Below are positions 24,733-35,756 of a DNA stretch of 64,000 nt, in pieces; within the stretch, counting starts at the first letter, position 1; every line of letters starts with the position of its first letter. The notes beneath the pieces were generated by a model. The model saw only the letters and a list, made by a program, of their open reading frames with translations, ran no database searches and was not told the origin of the DNA. Source of the DNA: Rhopilema esculentum. Taxonomy: Eukaryota. The translations under genes were made by a program, and so were the position numbers. The stretch is from the NCBI RefSeq assembly GCF_013076305.1, contig NW_027019317.1, forward strand, positions 14,431,651 through 14,495,650. The letters run 5' to 3'.

Positions 24733-25259
24733 CTGAAAAACGACAATTCATAATTGTCATCCTCTGAGAATTTATTGCTATATGTTTGGCATGCAAAAAC
24801 TACTTTGAAGGAAAGACAACAACAGGATTCTTACGACTTATATGATTGATACTGGAAACAGAAATTTGACATGGTAAGAGTGTACAGATTTCTATAAGAA
24901 AAAAGGTAAATTATCAGTCGCTTTAGCTGTGAAAAGCAACGAAATGTAAATTCTGCTTTTGCAACTTTTAAGGTTGAAAGATTTACTAGCTATAGAAAAC
25001 ATTTCATCTTAACATTTTAATATACTTTAACATAAAATAAAAATTACTGTCTACAGGCCTGCTCGATGCCGCATAGGCAGAGACGCTATTTGGTGTATAG
25101 AACAGGACGGGAATTGCCGATACATTCAGGAACATGACAACAAAATGTAATAACAACCATAGAGAAACTAGTTCCAACAATTGCCTGGAAACCACCAGAA
25201 CATGTGCTACCACTAAAACGCTTATTGACAAAATTGCATTTACCAAGCCTGCACTGATA

Positions 25260-26830
25260 CGGTCTACTTAAGTATTCCCTTCAGATTTCAGTGACCATTA
25301 TTTAATGGGCTGTATTCGTAAATGCAACCATCAGAAGTTTCCACCAAAGGAAATTAAATGGCGTGATTACATCCGATAGAACGTTTCAAAAATAAACTGC
25401 AAGCTCTCCACTGCAGACTGGTCTGACATTCACGAAACGAACGATGTTAATAAGGCTTGGAAGGTTTTTCACCAGATAAGACGTAGTATCTTTGTGAGCA
25501 CGCACCAATAATTGTAAAGCGAGTGAAATCCAAACCAGCTCCATGGCTTACCCCAGAGATTAAGGCTGCTATGAATGACCGAGACAGGCAAACCTGCAAC
25601 AAAAACCTGCAACACCTGATGGAGTTTATGGAACCTTAAAAAAACTGCGTAGAAAGGAAGCAACCGAACTCATCACCTATGTCATATTATAAACATGTCG
25701 ATCAACACTGGCGTGGTCCCTTCAGCATGAAAAATGGCCAGAATCATTCTTATTCATAAATCAGGACCTACATCAGACTTTGAAAATGACTGTCCTATCT
25801 CAGTTTTGCCCTCAGTGTCGAAAATTATAAGAGAAAATTGTTCATGAGCAGCTTATAACTTTCTTAGAAGAGAAAAATTTGACATATAGTCACCAGTTTG
25901 GTTTCCGAAATAAAATGTGTACTGAACATGCCGTAACTTTATTGCTTGATTCTATACGGCAGACGGTTGATAAAGGAAATATGGTTGGTGCCTGCTTCGT
26001 TGATTTATCTAAGGCATTCGACACTATCAGCCATTCAAATTTGTTAACCAAGCTACCTGGATATGGTATCCACGGTCGAGAACTTGCCTGGTTCACCGAT
26101 TACTTATTTCACCACAAAGCTATGGTACAGTACAAGCAAGCGCGCTCTGACTTATTTAACATTGACTCGGGAGTGCCACAATAGTCAATCCTAGGCCCCT
26201 AACTATTTTGCTACTTTTTAATGATCTAGTCGATGTGGTCAAGCTCAGGTTCTCAAATATGCAGACGACACCGTTGTTTACATTAGTGGTAGAAATGTGA
26301 AGGAAATGTCGAACTTGCTGTCAATCGATTTATCTTCTATTTCCAAATGGTTTGAAGAAAATGAACTCCTTATGAATTTTTAAACAAGGTAAGACTGAGG
26401 CTTTACTATTTGGAACTTCCAAAAAGACCACGCAGAACATCGAGGACATTGAGATTTATGCAAAGAAGTCAAAGATCTTTGTAACGTAAGAATACAAATA
26501 TCTTGGAGTGCCTGTTAATAGCTCCCTTAACATGACACCATTCTTTGACAAATGTTACAAGAAAACGTCGTCACGTCACGTCACTTGCGAAACTTGATGG
26601 ATGTTGATGTTGCCAAGTCGATCTACCAAACCATGGTACTACCAGCGTTTACATACTGCGGATTACACCTACTTTGTCTTACAGCTACACAGGAAGGTAA
26701 ACTGGTCTCTCTACACAAAAGAGCAGAGCGAATAGTAAAATCCAAGGAAATTCGCTCTGTCAGCAGTGCAAACCAGAAGCGAGCCTGCCAATTTGTAAAT
26801 CTTGCCTCGATGGAGATGTTATAGAGCCTT
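25260..26830 (+). mobile_element. Degenerate LINE ORF2 fragment (pre-RT linker plus RT) inside the 8.4-kb MVP intron 9
   Basis: The frames read DWSDIHETNDVNKAWKVF, then KSKPAPWLTPEIKAAMNDRDR, then FGFRNKMCTEHAVTLLLDSIRQTVDKGNMVGACFVDLSKAFDTISH...GIHGRELAWFTDYL, then a stop-ridden ...SGVPQ*SILGP*LF... continuation. Confidence 0.75.
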
Positions 26831-27539
26831 AAACATTACTTAAAAAAATGCAAAGATGGTATTACTGCCTAAGATTAGAACAGAATATGGGAGTAAAAGT
26901 GTTTTCATTTTACTGACGGAAAGCTGTTCAACATGCTTCCTTTGGAATGTCGCAGCCTAAATAGACTAGACTTTTCGGACTTTTTAGATGACTACTACAA
27001 GTAATCACAAATCACTGTAAAGACAATCTAGTTCCTTCCTTTACCCTCTTAGTTACATTTTTTATTTTTATATTTTTACTTTACTGGACACACATTTATA
27101 ACAGCTTTAGGTGGTTGAAGTTTTTATCTAGTTTAAATATTCGTTCATTATTATTATTATCATTGTCATCATTAGAGCTTCAAGTGTCAAATATACATAT
27201 CATTCAAAAACGATATATTTCAAAATATCCAATTCGCTTAAAGTTTTGGCAAAACCATTTGCACGAGAAAAAGATTATGCTGGGTATTTTCTCAATGTCT
27301 GAATAGATTAAAGGTATGAAATAAATTAAGCTTCACTGCACACTTTAAACATAAAAGCCTCGAGAGAAGTTAAACTTGAGATTACCCATTGGCAAACAAA
27401 AAAGGACCAGATTTTGAAATAGAAAACCACGAGATTTAACAAAGTAGATTTCTCAAAATTGTCTTTGTAACTTGAAGAGCTCTATAAACATCAAAACTGG
27501 TTTCATCAAATCGAATGACAATGTTAGCACAACTTGTTG

Positions 27540-28850
27540 ATACAGTCAAAAAGGCTCTTGTGGTAGAACTGAGGATAGGTGAAGCAAGTTTATGGTCTGG
27601 TAGTAAAACGGTTCTATGCTAGATAGAAAACAGGAATGAGTGGATTTTGTAAAACACAGAGTGAATGAGACATTGAAGGTGTCAAAGAAGGAAAATTGAG
27701 GATGTTGTAAGTGTCGGGAGAATTCAGCAGATGTAGGGTCAAGAGGAATAGAAGCTGAAGGATTGAAGGAACATAAGTTGTTGTGGAAGGAACCAGTTGG
27801 ATTCTGGGTCCTAGGGAGGGATAGCCAACAAAATAAAGGGAAATTGAGACAAAGGAAAGTAAAGAGAGATGAAATCGTCAGTTGTCATGCAAATAAATGT
27901 TGTTGACACACCAAGCGTAGAAAATGTGATTGACATAGGTCTCTAATTTGAACAAGTTGCATAAAGCAACTGCTAAGGTTTATTCGTAACTTGAAGGCAG
28001 GAAAGAAAGAGAATTTCCGAAAAACAAGGGGAGTTAAGAGAAGAAGAATGCTAGGAGCAGAAAGAGTGTGATTGTGTCTGCTCAAGAAGGTTTGAAGAAG
28101 GAGAGTGATCTTTGAGAAATTAGAAAGGGAGCTTCAGCTAGTAAACCACAAAGGAGTGCTTTAATCTATTATTATTATGTTACGTATAATCGTGCTGTCA
28201 TATTTTTGTTAAGTTTGAAGATTTTTTAATTTCAAGCATTTTTCCATCCGAAATCAAAAACGTTAAAAGGGTATTATTGGCGATTTTTGGGTCTGCAAGA
28301 GATTACAAAGGGGTGATATTTAAGAGCTTGCCCATTTAGGAGCTTGCCCATTGCCGATTTGCCAGACTTTCGTGTAAGACAAGCACCGGCACTTTCTAAT
28401 GCAAAAACGGACTTTGCTGGACCGCTTTTTGTAAAGGAAAAGAGGGGGCACTTTAAGTAAGTGCTTCATTACAGCGTTTTCCTGCTGTGTGACGTCAGCA
28501 GTACATCTGGAGCTGGTTCAAGTTATGTCAGATTCAAAATTGGTTGGCGGTTATTATAGCAAAGGTTCCCTGGATAGGAGGGTTTAATGAGAGAATGGTT
28601 GGAACTGCGAAAATATGTTTGGGGAAGGAGCTAGGCAGCGCATGAATTATGTATTATGAACAAAAAACCATTCTGATTGAGGTTGAGAACACCATTAACT
28701 CCCAACCTATTACATATGAATACGATGAAGCGGGAGGAGGGGCATTGAAACCAGCACATTCCACAAAGGATTCGAGAGTTCAAGCGAAGACCTTCAAGAG
28801 TAAAAGCAAGACAACACTTGTAGGCATTTTCTATCGTTATCTACTTTAAG
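27540..28850 (+). mobile_element. BEL/Pao-type LTR-retrotransposon pol fragment (RNase H/integrase region), pseudogenised, inside MVP intron 9
   Basis: LWSGSKTVLC*IENRNEW ... ENSADVGSRGIEAEGLKEHKLLWKEPVGF matches the BEL RNaseH-integrase junction (SDSxxALxWI...NPADxxSRG...LWWxGPxWL). QAPALSNAKTDFAGPLFVKEKRG matches the integrase zinc/core start (VGVDFAGP). LIEVENTINSQPITY matches the integrase C-terminal (EAVLNSRPLT). Stops and frameshifts are present. Confidence 0.6.
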
Positions 28851-29664
28851 TTACTGTCGCAGAGAACAGTACTAATTATCGATAGCTAGTGATGAAAAGT
28901 GCAAGGACGAATGGAAAAATGGCACTTAGGAATATTCTCCAACAGGAAACGATGAAAAAAACTTGGCTACAACGATTTATAGTTGGTGGTCAAGAAGTGA
29001 TGCGAAAAGTGGGAACATCGTTGAAGATCTCTCCTCAGTCAAGTTCCCGTGCGAAAAGGTAAACTAATAATAAAAACTGAAAATTTTTAAATTAGGCTAA
29101 ATACCTGCATCTTCATATACCTGAATACCTGAATCGTTCCGTTCCCGTTTGAACAGTAAACTTTACTGCTCAAAATTTGGAAAGCTATTGGAACATTACA
29201 TACAATAAACACTTGCATATACGAAGCTAGCAGATTAAGAATCTACAGACTGAAATTATGAATTCAAACTCCATCTTAAAGGAACCATCCACCCCAAAAT
29301 CTGTAATAGGCTCTTATTGTAGAGAAAATTACATTAAAACTCTAGTTGCTTTGTCATTGTCATCGAACTTTCAACTGATGTTATAGATGCTTTAAAATAG
29401 CTAAATAAATGCAGTATTCAGTACTCTGTTAAGTATTAATATTCCAAAGCAAAAGTGCTTAAATGTTGACATTTTACTTAAATTCATGTCTTTGGGAGAT
29501 CCTTTTGCTTAACGTTCTAAACATCTTCTGTAGGCGGTGGGGACTTCCACTAAGAAGTTTGAAATGGAACAAAAAAATGGTGAAAGCCCAGCACCGAGTA
29601 AAGGCGGGATTCCACTTCAGCGATTCTGGTCGCGCGACTGCTGTTCTGGACATGCGCAACTAAC

Positions 29665-30960
29665 TCAGTGGCCAGTGGCGTAGCGTCCATGTATGCTAAG
29701 CTCGCGGCGCAAGCGTAAAAAATTCTAAACAATTTCTAAAATTCTTGCAACACTTCTACGGGTAATAAACACATTGTAGTGTTGAAGTCAATGCAAGAAA
29801 TTTTCCGCAATGAACGGCTATTCTTTCTGGTCATATGCAGCATGCAGTGAACTCCAGCGCAAACATACCAATTAATTATTTTTCCAAGTAAACAGATCGC
29901 CAAAAATTGTGAAATTCGAAAAATCTGAAAAACTGAAGCCCCTCCACATCACTCTTTTTGCCTGCCTAAAATAGGATAAACATGCGATGCTCCAGTGCAG
30001 CTTCAATGCAGCTCGAGAGAAGCTTCTGAGAGCGGTGAGAATTTTCCGGACTGGAGCTTGCGGTCAGCCTTAGCGCAAGCATTCCCAAATATTCAATAAT
30101 ACACAACATTTTTCTGCCTATAAGCTGCTTTTTGCAAATAATTTTTGCGTGATACCTCATTTCAAATTTAATTATTTTTTATTCTTTACTTTGTCACTGT
30201 TAAAAAGAGAAAAAATTTCATCAAAGCTGGGTCAAAGTCTATTTGTCATGATCTGCATTCCGTATTTCAAGTCAAAAGGCTTGCCAGTATAGTCAGAATT
30301 TACGGACCAGGGCATGCGGTAGACCTGAGCGGAAGCCTTGCCAAATAGTTGATGATTTGCAAGGAACAACCTTCTGAAACCATTACACATGAAAGTATCT
30401 TCAATTCTAACAACTCTCACAGCTCTTTATTGTCATCTTTGTTAACTATGATGTTAAAAATGAGCAGAAACTTTTGCTCCTGTTCGCTCTGGCTCTGCTC
30501 TGCAGAGAGCTCCTCCTTACGGGAATCCCCAGATGCATTAGAACATATAATAATTTTTACATTAGGTGGGCATTAGGTGGTGCCTTTTCTTGACGAATAT
30601 GAATAGGAATAAGATATTTTGCGAAACAGTTTTAGCACTAGGAGTTATTCTGAAAATTTTTGCAAAACAACTAAGCTTTTTTCAAGAACTTTTCGCATGG
30701 GTTATAATTTTTCCCTTGGTCCACTTCTTTTTTCAACGTGCTTCAGAGCCCCTGATGCAGAGAATAGACACCTTGATTGATTAGAGTTAGAGTACAAACA
30801 ATTTGTTATTTTCAAAATCAAAATTTATTATCACGATTATCATTAGTTACCACTTGTATTTTTAAGGAGCTGAAATAACGATTACATTCATTCAACATAG
30901 CCGTATATTTTATGCTACCGCATGCCTAAGCTCTGCGCTCACGCTTCGCCACTGTCAGTG
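29665..30960. mobile_element. Possible hAT-like non-autonomous element with CAGTGGCG termini (boundaries uncertain)
   Basis: CAGTGGCCAGTGGCGTAGCG at 29665 faces CGCTTCGCCACTGTCAGTGGCAG at about 30940-30965 in inverted orientation. The direct subterminal motif GGTCGCGCGACTGCT/GGTCGCGCGACTACT lies outside each end. No clean TSD was found. Confidence 0.3.
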
Positions 30961-31205
30961 GCAGTGCTTCCTCATTCCACTGGCGGTCGCGCGACTACTT
31001 TTGGGAGTTGAATAGATGTTAATAGCTCAATTGGGCCAGCCGGTTGCTCGATTTAGTGTCCATATCGATACCGTAGACCTATCTAAGTCGAGAGGCGTCC
31101 ATTAACACATCTCAGGCAGTTATGTAACATTGAAATGTGCATAAAATACATTTTGGTTAGCGCGAAGGCCAGCATAAAAATTCTGTAGTTTAACGTGAAC
31201 AAACC

Positions 31206-31553
31206 ATGGAAGTTGTTAAAATACTTATAACATCACTTTTGGGGTTTATTGCTAAAACCTGCGATTCTGCTATCCTGAAACCTGAAAACTTGAAACCTAC
31301 TAAAACCTGCGGTTCTGCTATCGAGCAGCATTTACTGGAAAACCAAGATTGTGCAAAAAACTATAAGGACGACATGTTTCGGATTATTGGTAAAGCCCGA
31401 TCGTTGTTCCATCTATCTATCTACATAAGCACGCCCAAAAGTTTTGGAACCTATCAACATAAGCATGAAAAGACCGCTATTGTGTACACAAAAGGGGTTC
31501 GCTTTCACCTTAGGACTAAATTGGTAACATTCTTTATAGGCAAGCGGCACTGA
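31206..31553 (+). other. Repetitive TE-like ORF with the SAIEQHLLENQDCAKNY motif, copy 1
   Basis: The ORF reads ...KTCGSAIEQHLLENQDCAKNYKDDMFRIIGKARSLFHLSIYIS.... A second, truncated copy lies at 50588-50700 on the minus strand (IDSAIGQHLLDNQDCAKFY) with about 75% DNA identity over the motif. Confidence 0.4.
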
Positions 31554-33162
31554 TTGGTCAACCTCAACAGTCATGTGCTCGTGTTTCTGATTGGCCTATT
31601 TCGATCCACAACTGGGTATATATATTTATTAGCGTAGAGTTTTCGATCTATGTTCTGATGTATTAAACTCTGAAGAGTGTCAGACGAAAAGCTTTAGTTT
31701 TCTCAAATTTTTGCTTTTTTCAAAGCCATTTTCAAATTTTGTACCACCAAAAGATTTTTTGTCTGGTTTACGTTAAATGCCGCATTACCCTTTTTTGTTT
31801 TCTTTGGCGCTTATCCAAAAATTCAACTTCACGCTCTGCTACACTGAGAAAAGTATCTGGTTTAAACGGACCAATTGGCTTTTTTTCAGAGAAAAAAATT
31901 TGTTATTATGGGGGCTTTTTTGCGAAGGAAAAAGGAACCTTCTCATTTCCTTTCCCCCGTCCTTCATCCTTTGACTCTCTGAGGCTCTGGCACCCAGGGT
32001 AGGGGGCAACATACTTCAAAAGTTCCTCAAGACGATCAGCGCTCATCCTAAAATGTTGTAAGAAGTATTCCTTGTCGAAAAGTTTCATCTCTCAAAAACC
32101 TTTCATCAAAAGGTTGGAATGCGATTACCACTCATGCATTAGGTTGGCATAGTTTGTGTAACGTCATGTACGTTAGCTGACTATGATCTAGTGCCGACCG
32201 GGCACTGACAGCGATCACGTGACCAAATCTCGATTCGCGAAAGTGGAAACCCGCCTTAAGAACCAATTTAAGAGACTAAACTGCCTCTTTTCCTTAATAA
32301 TATCCAGTACATAAGAACCTATTCGGCTGACGCGTAAAATCTTAGGTTATTATTCGCGAATAGTTACTATAATCAATCGAGTTTGAACGTGACAATCTAA
32401 TGGGCGAATGGAAACGTCAGTAGGGCCGCTTTTGTTACGTCAGTATCCGATTAAGCAATCGGTTTAATTCTGTTAAAGCGGATAAAAAGAAGAGATTACA
32501 AAACATGAACAAGTTATTAAGACAGTTGCCAAGCAATAAATCTAAGCCAATTTGTAGTTATTTGAGGCGACATTCCTCTCACCAATAATATTGATAAACA
32601 GGGAAAGGTATTAAAGGCAGTCTGTCCCCTATTGTGCTCAACTTTATTTTCACGGGAGAGAAATTCATGCACCGTTGAGCTTGATCGATAAACGATTTAA
32701 ACCAATCAGAGACACATGGATTCCAGAGCTTTTGAATCAAATGGCTGTGTTCCCGTTGAAGTGAAGCTATGGCTAGAAAAAGTTTGTTCCCTGTTTGGTT
32801 CCCTGTAGAAAAAGTTTGGTTTTTGCGACAGATATGTCAACAGCGAAAGGAAATGCCTCTGTTATCATCAGTCAATTTCAGTAATGAAATCTTATTGCCA
32901 TTCCCGATAGCTTTTTGCTCGCAGTTTCAAATGTCGTCCACTACAGTAACTAGGCCAGCCAAATCCGTTGAGGCGGGGAGATATATTGTTCATATTGGCC
33001 AATCATTGAGGGGACAGACTGCCTTTAAATCTGCCGCAGCCAGAGCCTTACCAGTGAGCTTTTTTCAACCTCTTTATTCTTGAACAGGGGGGTACGCCGT
33101 GGATTTCAAGCTGGAGGGGCCGTAATAAACAATGTACAAAAAGTGAAATCGTTGATACATAC

Positions 33163-33551
33163 CTTGCTTTCTTTTCTTTGTAATCATAAATCTGAACTGC
33201 TGCATTATGGGGCACTCTGAACGTAACTACTTTTGTTTTATCTCGTGCCTTCCCTGTATCACTGCCTCCACCCCTTTCACTACGCCCCGAGAGGGGGTCC
33301 TTTCCTTGGGTTATCAAGTCTTCTACAACAGGAGGTAGTGTCTTCTCCCATAATTCCTCGTCCTGGGTTAACATGTAGGTGTTGCCTATTTCTGCCCGAA
33401 CCTTGCCAGTCCGTATGTCACGCACATATACCCCCTCGTTGGCATCGAGTGGAATAGCCGTTCTTCTGCTAACGACTTCTACTTCGACGGGGGGCACATA
33501 CTCGCAAGGACCTCTGATCATCCACTTATCACCAGGCTTGCGTTTAATCTT
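33163..33551 (-). CDS. MVP: Major vault protein exon 9 (largest coding exon)
   Basis: [70 protein letters not shown]...[22 protein letters not shown](R) matches MVP ([63 protein letters not shown]...[19 protein letters not shown]). The acceptor is tatccgatAG| and the donor is AG|GTATGT. Confidence 0.9.
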
Positions 33552-33774
33552 CTATCGGATAAGACCAAACAACTTTAAAAATTAAACAATTCTAGATATG
33601 CCAAAGCATAATACATCTAAACCTCAATGTCGGTGAACTTGTAAAACTTTCATCACTGCTACCTTTCACTGCACTTCACTACACTGTCAGTAAAAATCTA
33701 TTTTCACATAAACAAAATCGACAGCCGAAAAAGATGGCCATAGTTTTCCATTTCAACAAGTTGATTTTTTTTGT

Positions 33775-34975
33775 ATTCGACAGGGCCGAAAGGGCAGGAA
33801 GGGCAGGAAGGGCAGGAAGGGCAGGAAGGGCAAGGGCAAAGGGCAGGAAGGGCAGGAAGGGCAAAAAGGGCAGGAAGGGCAAAAAGGGCAGGAAGGGCAA
33901 AAAGGGCAGGAAGGGAAGGGCAAAAAGGGCAGGAAGGGCAAAAAGGGCAGGAAGGGCAAAAAGGGCAGGAAGGGCAAAAAGGGCAGGAAGGGCAAAGAGG
34001 GCAGGAAGAGCAAAAAGGGCAGGAAGAGCAAAAAGGGCAGGAAGAGCAAAAAGGGCAGGAAGGGCGAAAAGGGCAGGAAGGGCAAAAAGGGCAGGAAGGG
34101 CAAAAAGGGCAAAGAGGGCAGGAAGGGCAAAGAGGGCAGGAAGGGGAGAATGCAAAAAGGGGAGAATGTAGAAAAAGCAGAATGTAGAAAGGGCAGAATG
34201 CAAAAAGGGGAGAATGCAAAAAGGGCAGGAAGGGCAAAAAGGGCAGGAAGGGCAAAAAGGGCAGGAAGGGCAAAGAGGGCAGGAAGGGCAAAGAGGGCAG
34301 GAAGGGCAAAAAGGGCAGGAAGGGCGAAAAGGGCAGGAAGGGCAAAGAGGGCAGGAAGGGCAAAGAGGGCAGGAAGGGCAGAAAGGGCAGGAAGGGCGAA
34401 AAGGGCAGGAAGGGCAAAGAGGGCAGGAAGGGGAGAATGCAAAAAGGGGAGAATGTAGAAAAAACAGAATGTAGAAAGGGCAGAATGCAAAAAGGGGAGA
34501 ATGCAAAAAGGGGAGAATGCAAAAAGGGGAGAATGCAAAAAGGGAAGAATATAGAAAAGGCAGAATGTAGAAAAAGCAGAATGTAGAAAAAGCAGAATGT
34601 AAAAAAAGCAGAATGTAGAAAGAGCAGAATGTAGAAAGGGCAGAATATAGAAAAAGCAGAATGTAGAAAAAGCAGAATGTAGAAAAGGTGGAATGTAGAA
34701 AGGGCAGAATGTAGAAAGGGCAGAATATAGAAAAAGCAGAATGTAGAAAGGGCAGAATGTAGAAAGGGCAGAATGTAGAAAGGGCAGAATGTAGAAAAAG
34801 CAGAATGTAGAAAAAGCAGAATGTAGAAAAAGCAGAATGTAGAAAAAGCAGAATGTAGAAAAGGTGGAATGTAGAAAGGGCGGAATGTAGAAAGGGTAGA
34901 ATGTAGAAAGGGCGGAATGTAGAAAGGGCGGAATGTAGAAAGGATGGAATATAAAGAGGACCGGACGTAGAAAGG
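33775..34975. repeat. About 1.2-kb compound minisatellite in MVP intron 8: an 18-bp GGGCAGGAAGGGCAAAAA array followed by a 16-bp CAGAATGTAGAAARRG array
   Basis: This is seen directly in the sequence. Two arrays with different unit sequences sit side by side, with gggagaatgcaaaaag transition units between them. The long ORFs across it (up to 490 aa) are repeat artefacts. Confidence 0.95.
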
Positions 34976-35630
34976 GCAGAAAGGACAGTAAGAATAGAAG
35001 GAATAATCTTTGTGGTAACTTTGTTGTTTGCCAAGACGAGGGGGAAATTTTTCCCTAGATTAGCCACGTTTAAAAGAAACAGCGATAGGCAATAACTAAT
35101 GATGTGATATGGTGTTATTCCCCAGGAGGCCTTGCAAAAACCAAATTGCATAATTAAAATCTATGATTAGAAAAAATTTACAACGTTGAATGAATGAAAA
35201 ACTATAAGATGCTTTTACGTAATCATGGAGTTTAAGAAAGAGGGGCTAGTCTACCGTAATGTTGTAGATTACTGCAAACTTTTGGTTCATGAAATGAAAA
35301 TGTTTTTTCGCCAATTTTGGGAAAAAGGAATGTTAGGGGATTTGCAATGTGATTATGACTTTATAAAACCTTAAAGAACATGGCAAACTTCTTTTGAAGA
35401 TTTAAACACCATGGCTGTTTTAGGTCAGAGTTATTCCATCTGCTAGTATTCAATCTTCTGAACTTTGTAAATATTTCACAAAAAAGCCGCCATCTTTGAT
35501 AAAGCAAGCATTAAAGAAATACAACAATAGCTATTCTGGGCAAACTTGGGCTAACAATACCGGAAAGACTGCGAATCCTGGCCAACAAAAGAGACAAGGT
35601 GAGACACTTGAAAACTATGTAGATTTTCAC

Positions 35631-35756
35631 CTTGTTCTCCTCCTCGAATTCTTCGATAGCCCGGAGAATAAGTCCGCCATCTTCACCAAGAATATACACA
35701 CTTTGTATTTCATTCTCCAGTCTTTCTCCTGGCCTCAGAAAGAAAGACTTTTCACC
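35631..35756 (-). CDS. MVP: Major vault protein exon 8
   Basis: [42 protein letters not shown] matches MVP ([41 protein letters not shown]). The acceptor is ttcatttaAG| and the donor is |GTGAAA. Confidence 0.85.

Noticed and set aside
33679-35151. ORFs of 490, 272 and 261 aa and plus-strand KGRKG/GQEGQ ORFs across 33679-35151
   Set aside because: These are artefacts of the compound 18-bp and 16-bp minisatellite in MVP intron 8. They are not collagen-like or proline-rich genes.
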